A stretch of DNA of 64,000 bases from a candidate division Kazan bacterium RIFCSPHIGHO2_01_FULL_44_14 (GCA_001771185.1 METB01000001.1:631200-695199), one strand, 5' to 3'. Numbered from the stretch's first letter, positions 39,451 through 49,467 are shown. Numbers and translations: made by a program. The notes: generated from the letters alone by a model not told the origin.

Positions 39451-39780
39451 TTGACTTGGAGGTGGTGGGAGATGAGTTGGTCGCCAATTTGTGAATGTGG
39501 CAGACCTATCAGGGATGGTGGGGAAAAATGTTTGCTTTGTCGGAAGGCGGAGGTATTGCCACCACCGTCGGAAGTAAGTCAAAACATCAGGAAACGTGCT
39601 CGTTCGTTGGATGAAGTTCAGCGTGACGCCGAGAGTGCGGGAATCCCGATACCGGTATATAAAGGAGTTCTAATCTGCTCGGAACCAACTTGGGTGAGTT
39701 GGCTGAAGGGATTCTTTTACTTGGCAATTGCGGTATTCATCGGCTGGGTCATTTGGCAGGCCTGGCCGAAATCAGGATAA
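39451..39780 (+). CDS. Small zinc-ribbon membrane protein
   Basis: It has CECGRPIRDGGEKCLLC and a C-terminal TM segment. Confidence 0.4.
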   Translation: MTWRWWEMSWSPICECGRPIRDGGEKCLLCRKAEVLPPPSEVSQNIRKRARSLDEVQRDAESAGIPIPVYKGVLICSEPTWVSWLKGFFYLAIAVFIGWVIWQAWPKSG

Positions 39781-39796
39781 GGGGGAGGTGTTTGAC

Positions 39797-39937
39797 ATGT
39801 TTTGGCATATTCTTCTTGCTCTTGTGGGTATTGTGCTCGGATTGTATATACTTGGTTGGATTTTTTATGGTCTCGGTCTGGGTCTTAGTACTTTTGTCGA
39901 TTTTTTGTGGCGATTGTTCAATTGGGACTGGGACTAG
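39797..39937 (+). CDS. Small hydrophobic protein (46 aa)
   Basis: It has two predicted TM segments. This is a weak call. Confidence 0.25.
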   Translation: MFWHILLALVGIVLGLYILGWIFYGLGLGLSTFVDFLWRLFNWDWD

Positions 39938-40010
39938 GAAAACCAATTTTTGTACCTAACCGCTTTGACCTTGGAGGAGTCAAAGCGGTTTTTTATTTGA
40001 GAGGTGATAT

Positions 40011-40526
40011 TTGTGTGATATTCTAGAGCTAATGGGGAGCCGAACAAAAAAAGTAGCTAAAAAGAACCAATCACAGCATCTGGTACCATTAGTTATTGCT
40101 ACCGCGCTTTTGCTAGTAATACTAATTCAGACCGCATCATCGGGTCGTGTTGTGGCGTGGTTTGGCAGTCCAAGCGCTTCTAGTATTGAATCACAATATG
40201 TTGGGGTGTTATTCAGCGAAAGTGGTGTTGTAGTGGAGTCAACTCAACCAAGTGTGCCGGTGGGATTGGATTTGGGTGGGAATCAAGCGGTTTTGGACGA
40301 TGTGGATTTGGTGAGCAACTCAACTGATTTGCAAATAGAGATGGCCGAACTGGATGCTAGATTGGCTAAGTTGGGTGTGGTGGCACAGACAGAAGAGTCA
40401 ACTGATTCCGAGTTGGATGATACAAGCGACGATACCGCTAACCAAGTGGACTCGGACATATCTTCATCATCCAAGCATTCACCAATTTCAAATTGGTGGG
40501 GAGATTGGTTTAGTCGAATTTTTTAA
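40011..40526 (+). CDS. Membrane-anchored acidic protein
   Basis: It has an N-terminal TM and a Ser/Asp/Glu-rich C-terminus. Confidence 0.4.
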   Translation: MCDILELMGSRTKKVAKKNQSQHLVPLVIATALLLVILIQTASSGRVVAWFGSPSASSIESQYVGVLFSESGVVVESTQPSVPVGLDLGGNQAVLDDVDLVSNSTDLQIEMAELDARLAKLGVVAQTEESTDSELDDTSDDTANQVDSDISSSSKHSPISNWWGDWFSRIF

Positions 40527-41404
40527 TGAAACGAAAAGACATTTTTAGAATTGTAATTGTGAGCGTTGCCATACTAGTAATAAGCGCTGATTGGGTTTTT
40601 CCAGTTTTGCCAGCTTCGGCTGAAATTATTACTGGGGGAGGACCGAGTGTTTGTAATAGTGAAGATTGGCAAAATTGGCAAAAGAAGATAGAACAAAATG
40701 CCAAGGCGATTGTGGCAAAGCTAGAGGAGTTGAGGGAAAAGACAATTGCAGAATTGGAACCGGTACTAAAATCAACTCAAGAACAATATAACGACTTGAA
40801 TGAGCAGGCCGTAATATGGTTGACTAATTTAAAAGCTAAACCAAGGGGATCAATTGTGAATGGAAGAATTTCGTTGATTGGTCGGCAGTATCTTCCTTCG
40901 GAAATGAGAAATCGATTGGCTATTATAGGTACTAAACTCACAGAACTTTCGATTGCACTTCGTCAAAAGAAAGATGCCGATTATTTTTCGGGTCCATATG
41001 CCGAGTCGGAGCTTGATCCTTATGCCAAGCAAAAAAGCGCTTTAATTCAGGAAGCTGGTGGGTTGGTGCCTCGTTATTTGCAGTCCAAGGTTATTTTGGA
41101 AACGGCATATGCGGTAACGGAAAAAGCCGGAGCATACAATAGTGGATGTTGGTTTTTTAGTGGTCCAATAACAAAAAGTAGGGATAGTAAAGTGGATGCT
41201 GGAAAAACTTTTTATAAATTGATGTATATGTATCAACCGATTGGAAGCTCGAAGAGTGGTACGGAGCGCTATTCGTATAGTGAATGGCAAAAAGCTCGAA
41301 ATAAATTTAATGTGTTATCTCGTCTAAACAATACAACTTTTGGAGCCCACTGGGATGTAAGCAACTTTCGGGGAAGTTTTAAGAGGGTCTTTGGGATTGA
41401 TTAG
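40526..41404 (+). CDS. Secreted hypothetical protein
   Basis: It has a signal peptide. The family was not recognised. Confidence 0.4.
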   Translation: MKRKDIFRIVIVSVAILVISADWVFPVLPASAEIITGGGPSVCNSEDWQNWQKKIEQNAKAIVAKLEELREKTIAELEPVLKSTQEQYNDLNEQAVIWLTNLKAKPRGSIVNGRISLIGRQYLPSEMRNRLAIIGTKLTELSIALRQKKDADYFSGPYAESELDPYAKQKSALIQEAGGLVPRYLQSKVILETAYAVTEKAGAYNSGCWFFSGPITKSRDSKVDAGKTFYKLMYMYQPIGSSKSGTERYSYSEWQKARNKFNVLSRLNNTTFGAHWDVSNFRGSFKRVFGID

Positions 41405-41608
41405 TTGTTCTCCCGGGGTGGGGATAACTTTTTCAATAAAACTTGATTAATTCAGGATAGGGGACTGGGGATAACTCACCTGGTTTACTGATATAAAGAA
41501 TAAACTATTCGCTTCTATGGCGGATAATTTTTGGTTTATAGGTAAAGGGTTGCTAGATGTAATCTTAGTGGGGTACAATAAAATCGTTGTGGATAAATGT
41601 GGGGATAA

Positions 41609-42052
41609 GTGGAGGAATATGTGGATAATGTTTTTATCGGTGAATATACGCATGTACTAGACAGCAAGGGCCGACTTGCTATTCCTGTTAAGTTTAAAAA
41701 ATTGTTAACCAAAGGTGCGGTAGTGACCAAGGGGTTAGATGGTTGTCTTTTCCTTTATACCGAATCCGAATGGGCGAAGTTGGTGGCTAAGCTTAACCAG
41801 ATGCCCATTTCTCAAGGTAATGCGCGGGCATTCGCTCGGTTGATGTTAGCGGGAGCCATGCCGGTAACCTTGGACGCACAGAACCGCATCAATTTACCAA
41901 ATTATTTGATTGCCTTTGCTGGATTGAAAACTACTGCCGTGTTGGCTGGTCTAATGAATCGTCTGGAAATCTGGGACACCAAGAAGTGGGAGACCTACAA
42001 AAAGAAGACCGAGCCAGAGTCCGAGAAAATCGCCGAGCAGTTGTTTATTTAA
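41609..42052 (+). CDS. mraZ: Transcriptional regulator MraZ
   Basis: It has duplicated SpoVT/AbrB-like halves (DSKGRLAIP...). The SD ggagg lies 5 nt upstream. Confidence 0.9.
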   Translation: MEEYVDNVFIGEYTHVLDSKGRLAIPVKFKKLLTKGAVVTKGLDGCLFLYTESEWAKLVAKLNQMPISQGNARAFARLMLAGAMPVTLDAQNRINLPNYLIAFAGLKTTAVLAGLMNRLEIWDTKKWETYKKKTEPESEKIAEQLFI

Positions 42053-42053
42053 A

Positions 42054-42177
42054 AATCTTAATCCGTGAGTAATCCGAATTTATTTCGGATTACGAACCCC
42101 TCGAAAAGGGGAGGCAGTCCCGGCAAGCCGGGATGTCGGAAGGGGAAAAACCTGAATAATGGTTTTGCCCCTCCGAG
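42054..42177 (+). repeat. H-family structured element, copy 1 (between mraZ and rsmH)
   Basis: Stems gtaatccgaa/ttcggattac, tcccggc/gccggga and ggggaaaaacc/ggttttgcccc. Copy 2 keeps the same stems with different sequence (compensatory changes). Confidence 0.7.
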
Positions 42178-42336
42178 GATAGTTTAAAAATTAATTCCCG
42201 TTTATGTGGCCGATAACTTAACACAATTAGTTATCTAGCTATTATCCGCAACTTTTCACCTCCAACAACTTAGTTTACCCACCCCTGGGCAAACAAAAAA
42301 ACAATCTGAGTTGTCGGCCACATAAAAATATTAACA

Positions 42337-42459
42337 ATCTTAATAAGTGAGTAGCCCGAATTTATTTCGGACTACGAACTCCTCGAAAAGGGGAGGCAGG
42401 TCCGATTTATCGGACTGTCGGAAGGGGAAAAACCTGAATAATGGTTTTGCCCCTCCGAG
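42337..42459 (+). repeat. H-family structured element, copy 2 (ends 8 nt before the rsmH ATG)
   Basis: gtagcccgaa/ttcggactac, gtccga/tcggac, ggggaaaaacc/ggttttgcccc. A 16-bp inverted repeat (42203-42218 and 42309-42324) lies between the two copies. Confidence 0.7.
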
Positions 42460-42466
42460 TTGAATT

Positions 42467-43342
42467 ATGGAAAATTTCACCCATCAGCCCGTTCTGACTG
42501 ATGCCGTGATGGAATATTTGGCGCCTCGCCCGGGACAGACCCTTGTGGATGCCACATTGGGACTAGGCGGTCACGCCAAAGCGATTCTGGAACGGTTGGG
42601 GGGAATTGGAAAACTTGTCGGCATTGATCAAGATGAACAGGCCTTACAAATTGCAAGCAAAAACCTTAGTTCTTACCAAAATCAATTGGTTTTGGTTTAC
42701 GGCAATTTCCGTGATCTTGGCCAGCTTGTTGAGAGCCACGGATACGGAAGCGTTGACGGAATATTATTTGACCTCGGTGTCTCGTCTCTTCAGTTAGACG
42801 AGGGCACACGAGGTTTTTCTTTTAACAAATCAGCCATTCTAGATATGCGGATGGGAGTGGGCGAGTTGACTGCCGAGGAGGTAGTAAATACTTATTCGGA
42901 AGCGAAATTGGTTCGTATCTTACGGGAATATGGCGAGGAGCCACGAGCCGAGCAGATTGCCGAACGGATAGTAGAAGCCAGGAAATATCACCCGATACGG
43001 ACTACCGACGAATTGGCTGATATCATTGGCGGTTACCGAGGAGGAAAGATTAATCCGGCTACTCGGACATTCCAGGCCATACGCATTGAAGTGAATGACG
43101 AACTGACTGCTTTGGAACAGGCATTGCCACAGGCAGTTGACTTGTTGAAACCAGGCGGACGGTTGGCGGTAATTTCCTTCCATTCATTGGAGGATAGAAT
43201 CGTCAAACACTTCTTTAAAACTTTAGCCACTGGGGGGAGCATCCGGCTTCTCACCAAGAAGGCAATTATGCCTTCTTGGGAGGAGCGGAAGAGCAATCGG
43301 CGAGCGAGAAGTGCCAAACTCCGAGTAATCGAAAAAATTTAA
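42467..43342 (+). CDS. rsmH: 16S rRNA (cytosine1402-N4)-methyltransferase
   Basis: It has the SAM-binding motifs DATLGLGGH and DLGVSSLQLD. Confidence 0.9.
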   Translation: MENFTHQPVLTDAVMEYLAPRPGQTLVDATLGLGGHAKAILERLGGIGKLVGIDQDEQALQIASKNLSSYQNQLVLVYGNFRDLGQLVESHGYGSVDGILFDLGVSSLQLDEGTRGFSFNKSAILDMRMGVGELTAEEVVNTYSEAKLVRILREYGEEPRAEQIAERIVEARKYHPIRTTDELADIIGGYRGGKINPATRTFQAIRIEVNDELTALEQALPQAVDLLKPGGRLAVISFHSLEDRIVKHFFKTLATGGSIRLLTKKAIMPSWEERKSNRRARSAKLRVIEKI

Positions 43343-43343
43343 T

Positions 43344-43769
43344 ATGAAACCGCGGTTCAAAATCAATTTCAATTTAGGTAGACGGATAAGAATGCGGCCA
43401 ATGTCATTGACTTATTTGGCCGTGGGAACATTTTTTGTGGTCGGATTTATCTATGTAGTGGTGGTCAATGTGGTGTCTAACAAGGGAACTGAACTGCGGA
43501 TGTTGGAAATTGAAAATGGTAATTTGGCCAATGATAATGATCGGTTAGATGTAGAAGCGGCCAGGTTGAAATCGTTGAGTGTGATTGAAGATAACGCATC
43601 GGGCGAAGTCAATGTCGGGAACTTGGAGCCGACCAATCCAAACAGCACAACCCCAACCGCAACAACCGATAAACAGGTAGTGGCGGTGGTGCCAAAAGCG
43701 GTACCAAAATTAGTTAGGACTCAAAGCCAGCAGTATTTGCCGAGTTATACAGTATTGGCTCAAAGGTAA
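43344..43769 (+). CDS. FtsL-like cell division protein
   Basis: It has a single TM and a coiled-coil, and occupies the ftsL position after rsmH. Confidence 0.55.
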   Translation: MKPRFKINFNLGRRIRMRPMSLTYLAVGTFFVVGFIYVVVVNVVSNKGTELRMLEIENGNLANDNDRLDVEAARLKSLSVIEDNASGEVNVGNLEPTNPNSTTPTATTDKQVVAVVPKAVPKLVRTQSQQYLPSYTVLAQR

Positions 43770-43797
43770 CTTTTCTGACCGTATAACGACGGTCAAT

Positions 43798-43975
43798 CCG
43801 TTGCTACTTTTGTCTTGCCAAAAGTAGCCAAAAGCGTGGCCCGGACAGTTCCGGGTCTATTCATTAGTTAAACTGCTGGGCGCTTTCGCCGAACTCGCCT
43901 TCGGCTCAAACAACGGCTTCGCCCCAAGCAATTTAACTTAATTCAGAACGACCCTTCACTGACGGGCCGGATGAT
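43798..43975 (+). repeat. D-family structured 3'-end element, copy 3 (after the ftsL-like gene)
   Basis: H1 gctacttttg-tcttgcc-aaaagtagc; ccgggtctattcatt; helix agttaaa...tttaact; cttaattcagaacgacccttcactgacgggccgg. Confidence 0.75.
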
Positions 43976-43986
43976 ATACTCGTGGT

Positions 43987-44472
43987 ATGGAACGGCATAA
44001 GCGATTGAAAAACTTAGAGGCGACAGAACAGTATTTGTTCCATGGGTCACCTGATGAAATAGGGGAATTGGAACCTCGTCAGCCGTATATTTTTGATAAG
44101 AAGCAAAACAAGATGGTGCCAGACGGTGAGCCAGCAGTGGTGGCGTCCCCATATTCGGACGTAGCGATTTTTAGAGCAATTGTGAACAAGAAAAACATTC
44201 CTGAAAAGCATTGGAGTGGATTCGGGTATGATGGCGAAAATAAAAAACTGAAGTTTAGAATGTCTCGGAGTACTGCTGATACGGCTAAGGAAGCCAAAGG
44301 GTATGTTCATGTATTAAATAGGAACGAGTTTACGCCAAAGAGTCCAGAAAGACCCGAGGGGATGGAGTGGCGGTCTGATAAAAGTGTAAAACCAGTTGAG
44401 ATTGTCGAGGTAACAGCCGACTATTTGCCAGAAGATATTTCGATTGAGCCGGACCCATCTGAAAATCAATAA
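43987..44472 (+). CDS. Hypothetical protein inserted between the ftsL-like gene and ftsI
   Basis: It is a 161-aa ORF with an acidic C-terminus and no recognised family. Confidence 0.4.
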   Translation: MERHKRLKNLEATEQYLFHGSPDEIGELEPRQPYIFDKKQNKMVPDGEPAVVASPYSDVAIFRAIVNKKNIPEKHWSGFGYDGENKKLKFRMSRSTADTAKEAKGYVHVLNRNEFTPKSPERPEGMEWRSDKSVKPVEIVEVTADYLPEDISIEPDPSENQ

Positions 44473-44528
44473 TTTGTGATTTGTTATTTGAAGTTTGGAA
44501 TTTACTCATTAGTTTATAATGAGTAGGT

Positions 44529-46259
44529 ATGCTAGATAGGGCGACGACATTGCAGTTAGAACAAAGGTACCGGATTGGTTTTGTTAGTACCGCGTTTTTC
44601 ATATTGTTTGTAATGGCGACAGGTAGATTAATTGAACGCCAGGTATTTGAGCATGGCTATTTTGTGCGGTTAGCCAAAGAACAGCATTTGGCCAGCCAGG
44701 TGGTACCAGCGCAGAGGGGCAGGATTTTTACGGAGGAATCAGACGGTAGTGGCTTGTATCCGTTGGCGACCAATGTGTCGTTGTGGGCTTTAACCGCAGT
44801 TCCGGCGCAGATTCGTCAGCCGGAATTGGTGGCGAGTAAGTTGATGCCGTATTTAGCCGGTTCGGGAATCGAAGAAAGTGAGTTAATCGGTAAACTCTCC
44901 AGCAAGTCCCAATATATTCCACCATTAAAACGAAAGATCGGTGAAGAGGAAGCGACGGCAATTAACGCGCTGGATTTGACCGGAGTGTATTTGACGCAAG
45001 AGAAGTATCGTTATTCGCCAGAAGAAACTATGGCGGCGCAAGTGTTGGGATTTGTAAACCGAGATGGTGAGGGCCAATACGGCTTGGAGGGATATTTTGA
45101 TAAAGAACTGGGCGGTAAAGCCGGATTCCTAGAATCCGAGCAGGACACTTTTGGTCGGCAAATTGCATTAGGCAAACGCGAAGAAGTGAACCCAGAAAAT
45201 GGATTAGATCTTGTGGTGACGCTCGATCGAGCGGTGCAATATTATGTCGATAAAGCCGTCAAAGAATCGGTTGAAAAACATCAAGCTGAACGAGCCACAG
45301 CGATTGTGATGGAACCGCAGACCGGCAAAATAGTTGCCATGTCATCTTATCCAACTTTTAATCCGAATAATTACAACACAGAAGATATTGCTAACTTCAC
45401 CAATTCGAATATTTCCCAGGTGTATGAGCCGGGGTCAGTGTTTAAAGTGATTACGATGGCAGCCGGAATTGACGCAGGGCTAGTGGCGCCGAGTACAACT
45501 TATACTGACATTGGTGAAGTCCAGGTGGATGACAGAACAATTAAAAACTCTGACCTGAAAGCCCACGGTCAGCAGACCATGACTCAAGTATTGGAAGCAT
45601 CACTGAATACGGGTGCAGTGTTTGTGGTGCAGAAACTGGGGAAGTATTTATTTAATAAATATCTGGGTCAATTTGGTTTTACCCATCTGACTGGAATTGA
45701 TTTAAAAGGTGAAGTAGATGCGCAGATTAAAGATGTTCGCCAAGTCAGAGATGTCGATTTGGCGACGATGGCGTTTGGACAAGGAATTGCGGTGACGCCA
45801 ATCCAGATGTTAGCGGCGGTAGGGGCAATTGCTAACGATGGGCGATTAATGAAACCGCATATTGTCGATCGGATTTTGTATCCTTCAGGAGCGGTGTCGA
45901 TCGACCCAGTGGTGGAGGGGCAAGCAATTAGTTCGCAAACTGCCCAATTAGTTTCGGCCATGATGGTGAGTGTGGTGGAAAATGGACATGGTCAAAAGGC
46001 CGGTGTGCCGGGGTATTGGATCGCTGGCAAAACTGGTACGGCCCAAATACCCAGCCCGAACGGAGGATACTTGGATGGGTTTGGTAACACTATCGGGACT
46101 TTTGTTGGGTTTGGGCCAGTCGAGAATCCGAGGTTTGTGATGTTGACCCGGGTAGATAAACCAAAAGATGTGCAATTCGCGGAAAGTAGTGCCGCACCAC
46201 TGTTCGGACAGATTGCAAAGTTTTTGTTGGATTATTGGAGAATTCCTCCGACGAGGTGA
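44529..46259 (+). CDS. ftsI: Penicillin-binding protein (FtsI-type transpeptidase)
   Basis: It has an N-terminal TM and the motifs SVFK, SLN and KTGT. Confidence 0.9.
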   Translation: MLDRATTLQLEQRYRIGFVSTAFFILFVMATGRLIERQVFEHGYFVRLAKEQHLASQVVPAQRGRIFTEESDGSGLYPLATNVSLWALTAVPAQIRQPELVASKLMPYLAGSGIEESELIGKLSSKSQYIPPLKRKIGEEEATAINALDLTGVYLTQEKYRYSPEETMAAQVLGFVNRDGEGQYGLEGYFDKELGGKAGFLESEQDTFGRQIALGKREEVNPENGLDLVVTLDRAVQYYVDKAVKESVEKHQAERATAIVMEPQTGKIVAMSSYPTFNPNNYNTEDIANFTNSNISQVYEPGSVFKVITMAAGIDAGLVAPSTTYTDIGEVQVDDRTIKNSDLKAHGQQTMTQVLEASLNTGAVFVVQKLGKYLFNKYLGQFGFTHLTGIDLKGEVDAQIKDVRQVRDVDLATMAFGQGIAVTPIQMLAAVGAIANDGRLMKPHIVDRILYPSGAVSIDPVVEGQAISSQTAQLVSAMMVSVVENGHGQKAGVPGYWIAGKTGTAQIPSPNGGYLDGFGNTIGTFVGFGPVENPRFVMLTRVDKPKDVQFAESSAAPLFGQIAKFLLDYWRIPPTR

Positions 46260-46262
46260 ATA

Positions 46263-46516
46263 GTCCAAGCGCAAGCTGGCGCTTGACCCAGCACAGACGA
46301 GCGCCACATCGCGCTCGACCGATGGGCACTTTGGCTTGTCAAAGTGCCATAAATCGCTTTCGCAGTCGCTCTCGTTATTCATCACAACTAATTCCCTTAC
46401 TGCTCTCGCCAAACTCCCCCTCGACTACGCTCGGGGTCAAACAGTTGGCTTCGCAACGGGAATTAGTTGGATTCAGGACATTCGAGCTCCAATGCTCGGT
46501 TAAGAAGGAATTGTCT
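46263..46516 (+). repeat. D-family structured 3'-end element, copy 4 (after ftsI; diverged subtype)
   Basis: tccaagcgcaagc...gcttgacc; H1 ggcactttg-gcttgt-caaagtgcc; ttattcatcac; cagttggcttcgcaacggg; aattagttggattcaggacattcgagctccaatgctcgg. Confidence 0.75.
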
Positions 46517-46678
46517 AACCCATGATTCGTAATTCGTGATTCATGATTCTGGCTTGGTTCGATGCATCTTTACTTACCCGCTAACCTGCTGTTCTAATTT
46601 TTCCTTGTCTGGGGGCGTCACAGCACCAGTCGCTAGCCCTCCGGTGCATGACACCGATTTTTAGCGTATTATTGGAGG

Positions 46679-47935
46679 ATGAAGATCTTTGCTCTCAATC
46701 TGTTGGTGGGGTTGGCCAGACGGATATTGGTTAAATTCCAGCCCCGAATTATTGGGGTGACGGGAAGTGTGGGCAAGACCACGACCAAGGAAGCCATTTA
46801 CACCGCCTTGCGCGGAAGTTTTCGAGTGGCGCGGAGTTTGAAGAATGCTAATACTGAATGGGGAGCGACGGCGACAATCCTTGACCAGAATTTCCATCCC
46901 CAAGTAGATGGTCTGGGTCGAGCTAAAATTACACCTGGGCAGATGGTGCGGTTGGTTTGGCAGGGTTGCAGATGGTTAATGAGAAAGGGCGGTTATCCGG
47001 AAATTTTGATATTAGAGTTGGCGGCGGATCGGCCGGGCGATATTAAATTTTTCAATCGACTTTTGCAGTATAACATCGCGGTGATTACCAATATCGGTCA
47101 AGTACACTTGGAGTTTTATAAAGACCAGACCGAGTTGACCGCCGAAAAATTGGCTTTAGCGGATGGACTAAAAACAGGTGGTCTTTTGGTATTGAATGGT
47201 GACAATGATTTGATGCGGGATTTTGTGGAGACAACCTCATCCCGCAAAGTGACTTTTGGGTGGGAGGACACGAATAATTATTTTGCTTCCCTACAAGATA
47301 TTACGACCGAGGGCTTACGGTTTGAGGTGCATACGCCGAAGGGTGACGAAGTGATGGCATTTGGGTTTGGTCGTCAGGTGGTCCCAGCGGTTTTAGTTGG
47401 GTTGGCAGTTGGGCAAGAATTAGGGATTCCTCTTCAAGTAATGACTGGACGACTGGCTTCGTTTGGTTCGCTGACTGGCCGATTTGAGATTGAGTATTTA
47501 AATCGCGGGATTATGCTAGTTAATGATGCTTACAATGCAAATCCTGATTCAATGAAATCGGCATTAACTAGTTTGCAGGATATTGCCTCGATCAGAGACG
47601 AGCAAGGCCCTCCGAGTCCTCGGCGTAGGAGAGTGGCAATCCTCGGTGGAATGCGAGAACTGGGTTCGGCTCATGATAGCGCTCACCGGGAAGTCGGCCG
47701 GTTTTTGCGGGACAAAGTTGATTTGTTGATTGCTATTGGTGAGGATGGGATGTTAATGGCAGAAGCGGCGCAAACATCTGGTTTGACCGAAAATCAGATT
47801 ATTTTAGTGCCGGAAATTGGTCAGGTAGATTTTTCTAAATTTTTGCAGGATAATGATGCCGTGTTGGTAAAGGCCTCGCGCAGTTTCGGGTTGGATAAGG
47901 TGGCGCAATTAATTAAACAACGCATTGGGAAATAG
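46679..47935 (+). CDS. murF: Mur ligase, MurF-type (UDP-MurNAc-tripeptide--D-Ala-D-Ala ligase) lacking the N-terminal domain
   Basis: It has the P-loop GVTGSVGKTTTKE and the MurF hallmark DAYNANPDSM. Confidence 0.65.
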   Translation: MKIFALNLLVGLARRILVKFQPRIIGVTGSVGKTTTKEAIYTALRGSFRVARSLKNANTEWGATATILDQNFHPQVDGLGRAKITPGQMVRLVWQGCRWLMRKGGYPEILILELAADRPGDIKFFNRLLQYNIAVITNIGQVHLEFYKDQTELTAEKLALADGLKTGGLLVLNGDNDLMRDFVETTSSRKVTFGWEDTNNYFASLQDITTEGLRFEVHTPKGDEVMAFGFGRQVVPAVLVGLAVGQELGIPLQVMTGRLASFGSLTGRFEIEYLNRGIMLVNDAYNANPDSMKSALTSLQDIASIRDEQGPPSPRRRRVAILGGMRELGSAHDSAHREVGRFLRDKVDLLIAIGEDGMLMAEAAQTSGLTENQIILVPEIGQVDFSKFLQDNDAVLVKASRSFGLDKVAQLIKQRIGK

Positions 47936-48968
47936 TCCATCTGAATTAGTTTTGCAAATTACTCTGCTTCGGGTATTTATTTTGGCTGGGTTGGGATTTT
48001 TTGTGGCGATTTTGGCAACTCCGTTTTGGATTAATTTTTTGTATAAATATAAGTTTTGGAAACAGGCCAAGGAAGAAACGATTTATGGAACAAAAGCCAC
48101 GGTATTTCAGCAGTTGCATGCCGAAAAGCACAAACGGAATATCCCGACGATGGCGGGAGTGTTGTTTTGGGTAATTGTGTTGGCGCTGTCGTTGAAGTTT
48201 AATTTAACTCGGTCGCAAACTTATTTGCCGTTGTTTGCGCTGGTTTCGGTTGGAATTATTGGGGCGGTGGATGATTGGTTTAATATTCGGGGAATCGGCA
48301 GAATCAAAGGAATCCGAGCTCGACAAAAAATGGCTTGGTTATTGGTGATGGCGGGCCTGGGGGCTTGGTGGTTCTATGAAAAATTAGGTCAACACAGTAT
48401 TCATTTACCTGGAATCGGAGATTTCTTGGTGGGGTGGTGGTATATTCCGATTTTCATTATCATTATCCTAGCGACTGCCAATGCGTTTAATATTACTGAT
48501 GGGTTGGACGGATTGTCGGGTGGATTGTTCGTGATCGCTTATGGGGCGTATGGGATTTTGGCCCTGGCAAATAATCAAGTTAGTTTGGCCATTTTCTGTG
48601 CCACGGTGGTGGGGGTGCTATTGGCTTATCTTTGGTTTAATATTTATCCGGCCAGATTCTTTGGCGGTGATACTTATTCGTTAGCGTTCGGAGCAACCTT
48701 GGGGGTAGTGGCGATGTTGATTAACAGGGGAACTGGTGTAGCCGTTTTGCCGTTAATTGCTTTTGTGCCACTGCTTGAAACTTTGTCGGTAATCATCCAG
48801 CTGACTTATCGGAAGTTGTATAAAAAGAAATTGTTTTTAGTGGCCCCAATTCATCATCATTTCGAGGCGATTGGTTGGCCAGAAACCAAAGTAACAATGC
48901 GGTTCTGGGTAATTGGAGCCGTATTTGCAACGATGGGATTGGTAATCGGGTTGGTTGGTGCTGGTTAA
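47925..48968 (+). CDS. mraY: Phospho-N-acetylmuramoyl-pentapeptide transferase
   Basis: It is polytopic, with the motifs NAFNITDGLDGL and PIHHHFE. Confidence 0.9.
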   Translation: MGNSPSELVLQITLLRVFILAGLGFFVAILATPFWINFLYKYKFWKQAKEETIYGTKATVFQQLHAEKHKRNIPTMAGVLFWVIVLALSLKFNLTRSQTYLPLFALVSVGIIGAVDDWFNIRGIGRIKGIRARQKMAWLLVMAGLGAWWFYEKLGQHSIHLPGIGDFLVGWWYIPIFIIIILATANAFNITDGLDGLSGGLFVIAYGAYGILALANNQVSLAIFCATVVGVLLAYLWFNIYPARFFGGDTYSLAFGATLGVVAMLINRGTGVAVLPLIAFVPLLETLSVIIQLTYRKLYKKKLFLVAPIHHHFEAIGWPETKVTMRFWVIGAVFATMGLVIGLVGAG

Positions 48969-48971
48969 TTT

Positions 48972-49195
48972 AAATGAGCGCAGGGTGGCGCTCAACCCAC
49001 CGTTACTTTCCTCTTGGCGAAAGTAACCAAAGCCGTCTCCGCAGTCGCCCTCTTTATTCATCACAACTAATTCCCTTACTGCTCTCGCCAAACTTGCCCC
49101 GACCTAAAGGTCGGGTCTTCGAACAGTTGGCTTCGCAACGGAAATTAGTTGGATTCAGAACACTCGGGCTCCAATGCTCGATTAAGAGGGGATAG
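48972..49195 (+). repeat. D-family structured 3'-end element, copy 5 (after mraY; same subtype as copy 4)
   Basis: H1 gttactttcc-tcttggc-gaaagtaac. The remaining ~130 nt are about 85 % identical to copy 4. Confidence 0.75.
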
Positions 49196-49250
49196 TAACT
49201 ACTCGATGGGTCCCAATAAGATTGATACCCCGAATCCGCCAACTGGCGGA

Positions 49251-49340
49251 CTAATTTCGAATCAAACTCGAATGACTGAATGCTTCAAAATTAAGACATT
49301 AAGATATTTACTCAAAATTCAAAATTTGTCATTCAAAATT
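49251..49340. repeat. C-family hairpin element, copy 4
   Basis: ctaatttcgaatcaaactcgaatgactgaatgcttcaaaattaagacattaag...caaaatttgtcattcaaaatt. Confidence 0.7.
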
Positions 49341-49438
49341 ACTTATACTCCAATATTCAGTATCTTCTCCCCCCTAAGATAAGGGGAGGTAGGGTGGGGT
49401 CATATGGGTGCAAATTGGCTCTGGGGGAGGGTTTTGGC

Positions 49439-49467
49439 TTGACGGTAGGTGGGAATAGGAGTATAAT
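49439..49467 (+). promoter_or_regulatory. Promoter for the DGR target gene (TTGACG-17-TATAAT)
   Basis: -35, a 17-nt spacer, and a perfect -10. A homologous promoter is at 63862-63890. Confidence 0.6.

Noticed and set aside
46235-46525. Paired small ORFs on both strands at 46235-46525 / 45948-46412 (-) and 48974-49195 / 48837-49091 (-), with similar peptides (MARAVRELVVMN...)
   Set aside because: The similarity is the D-family repeat translated. These are structured RNA elements, not conserved proteins.
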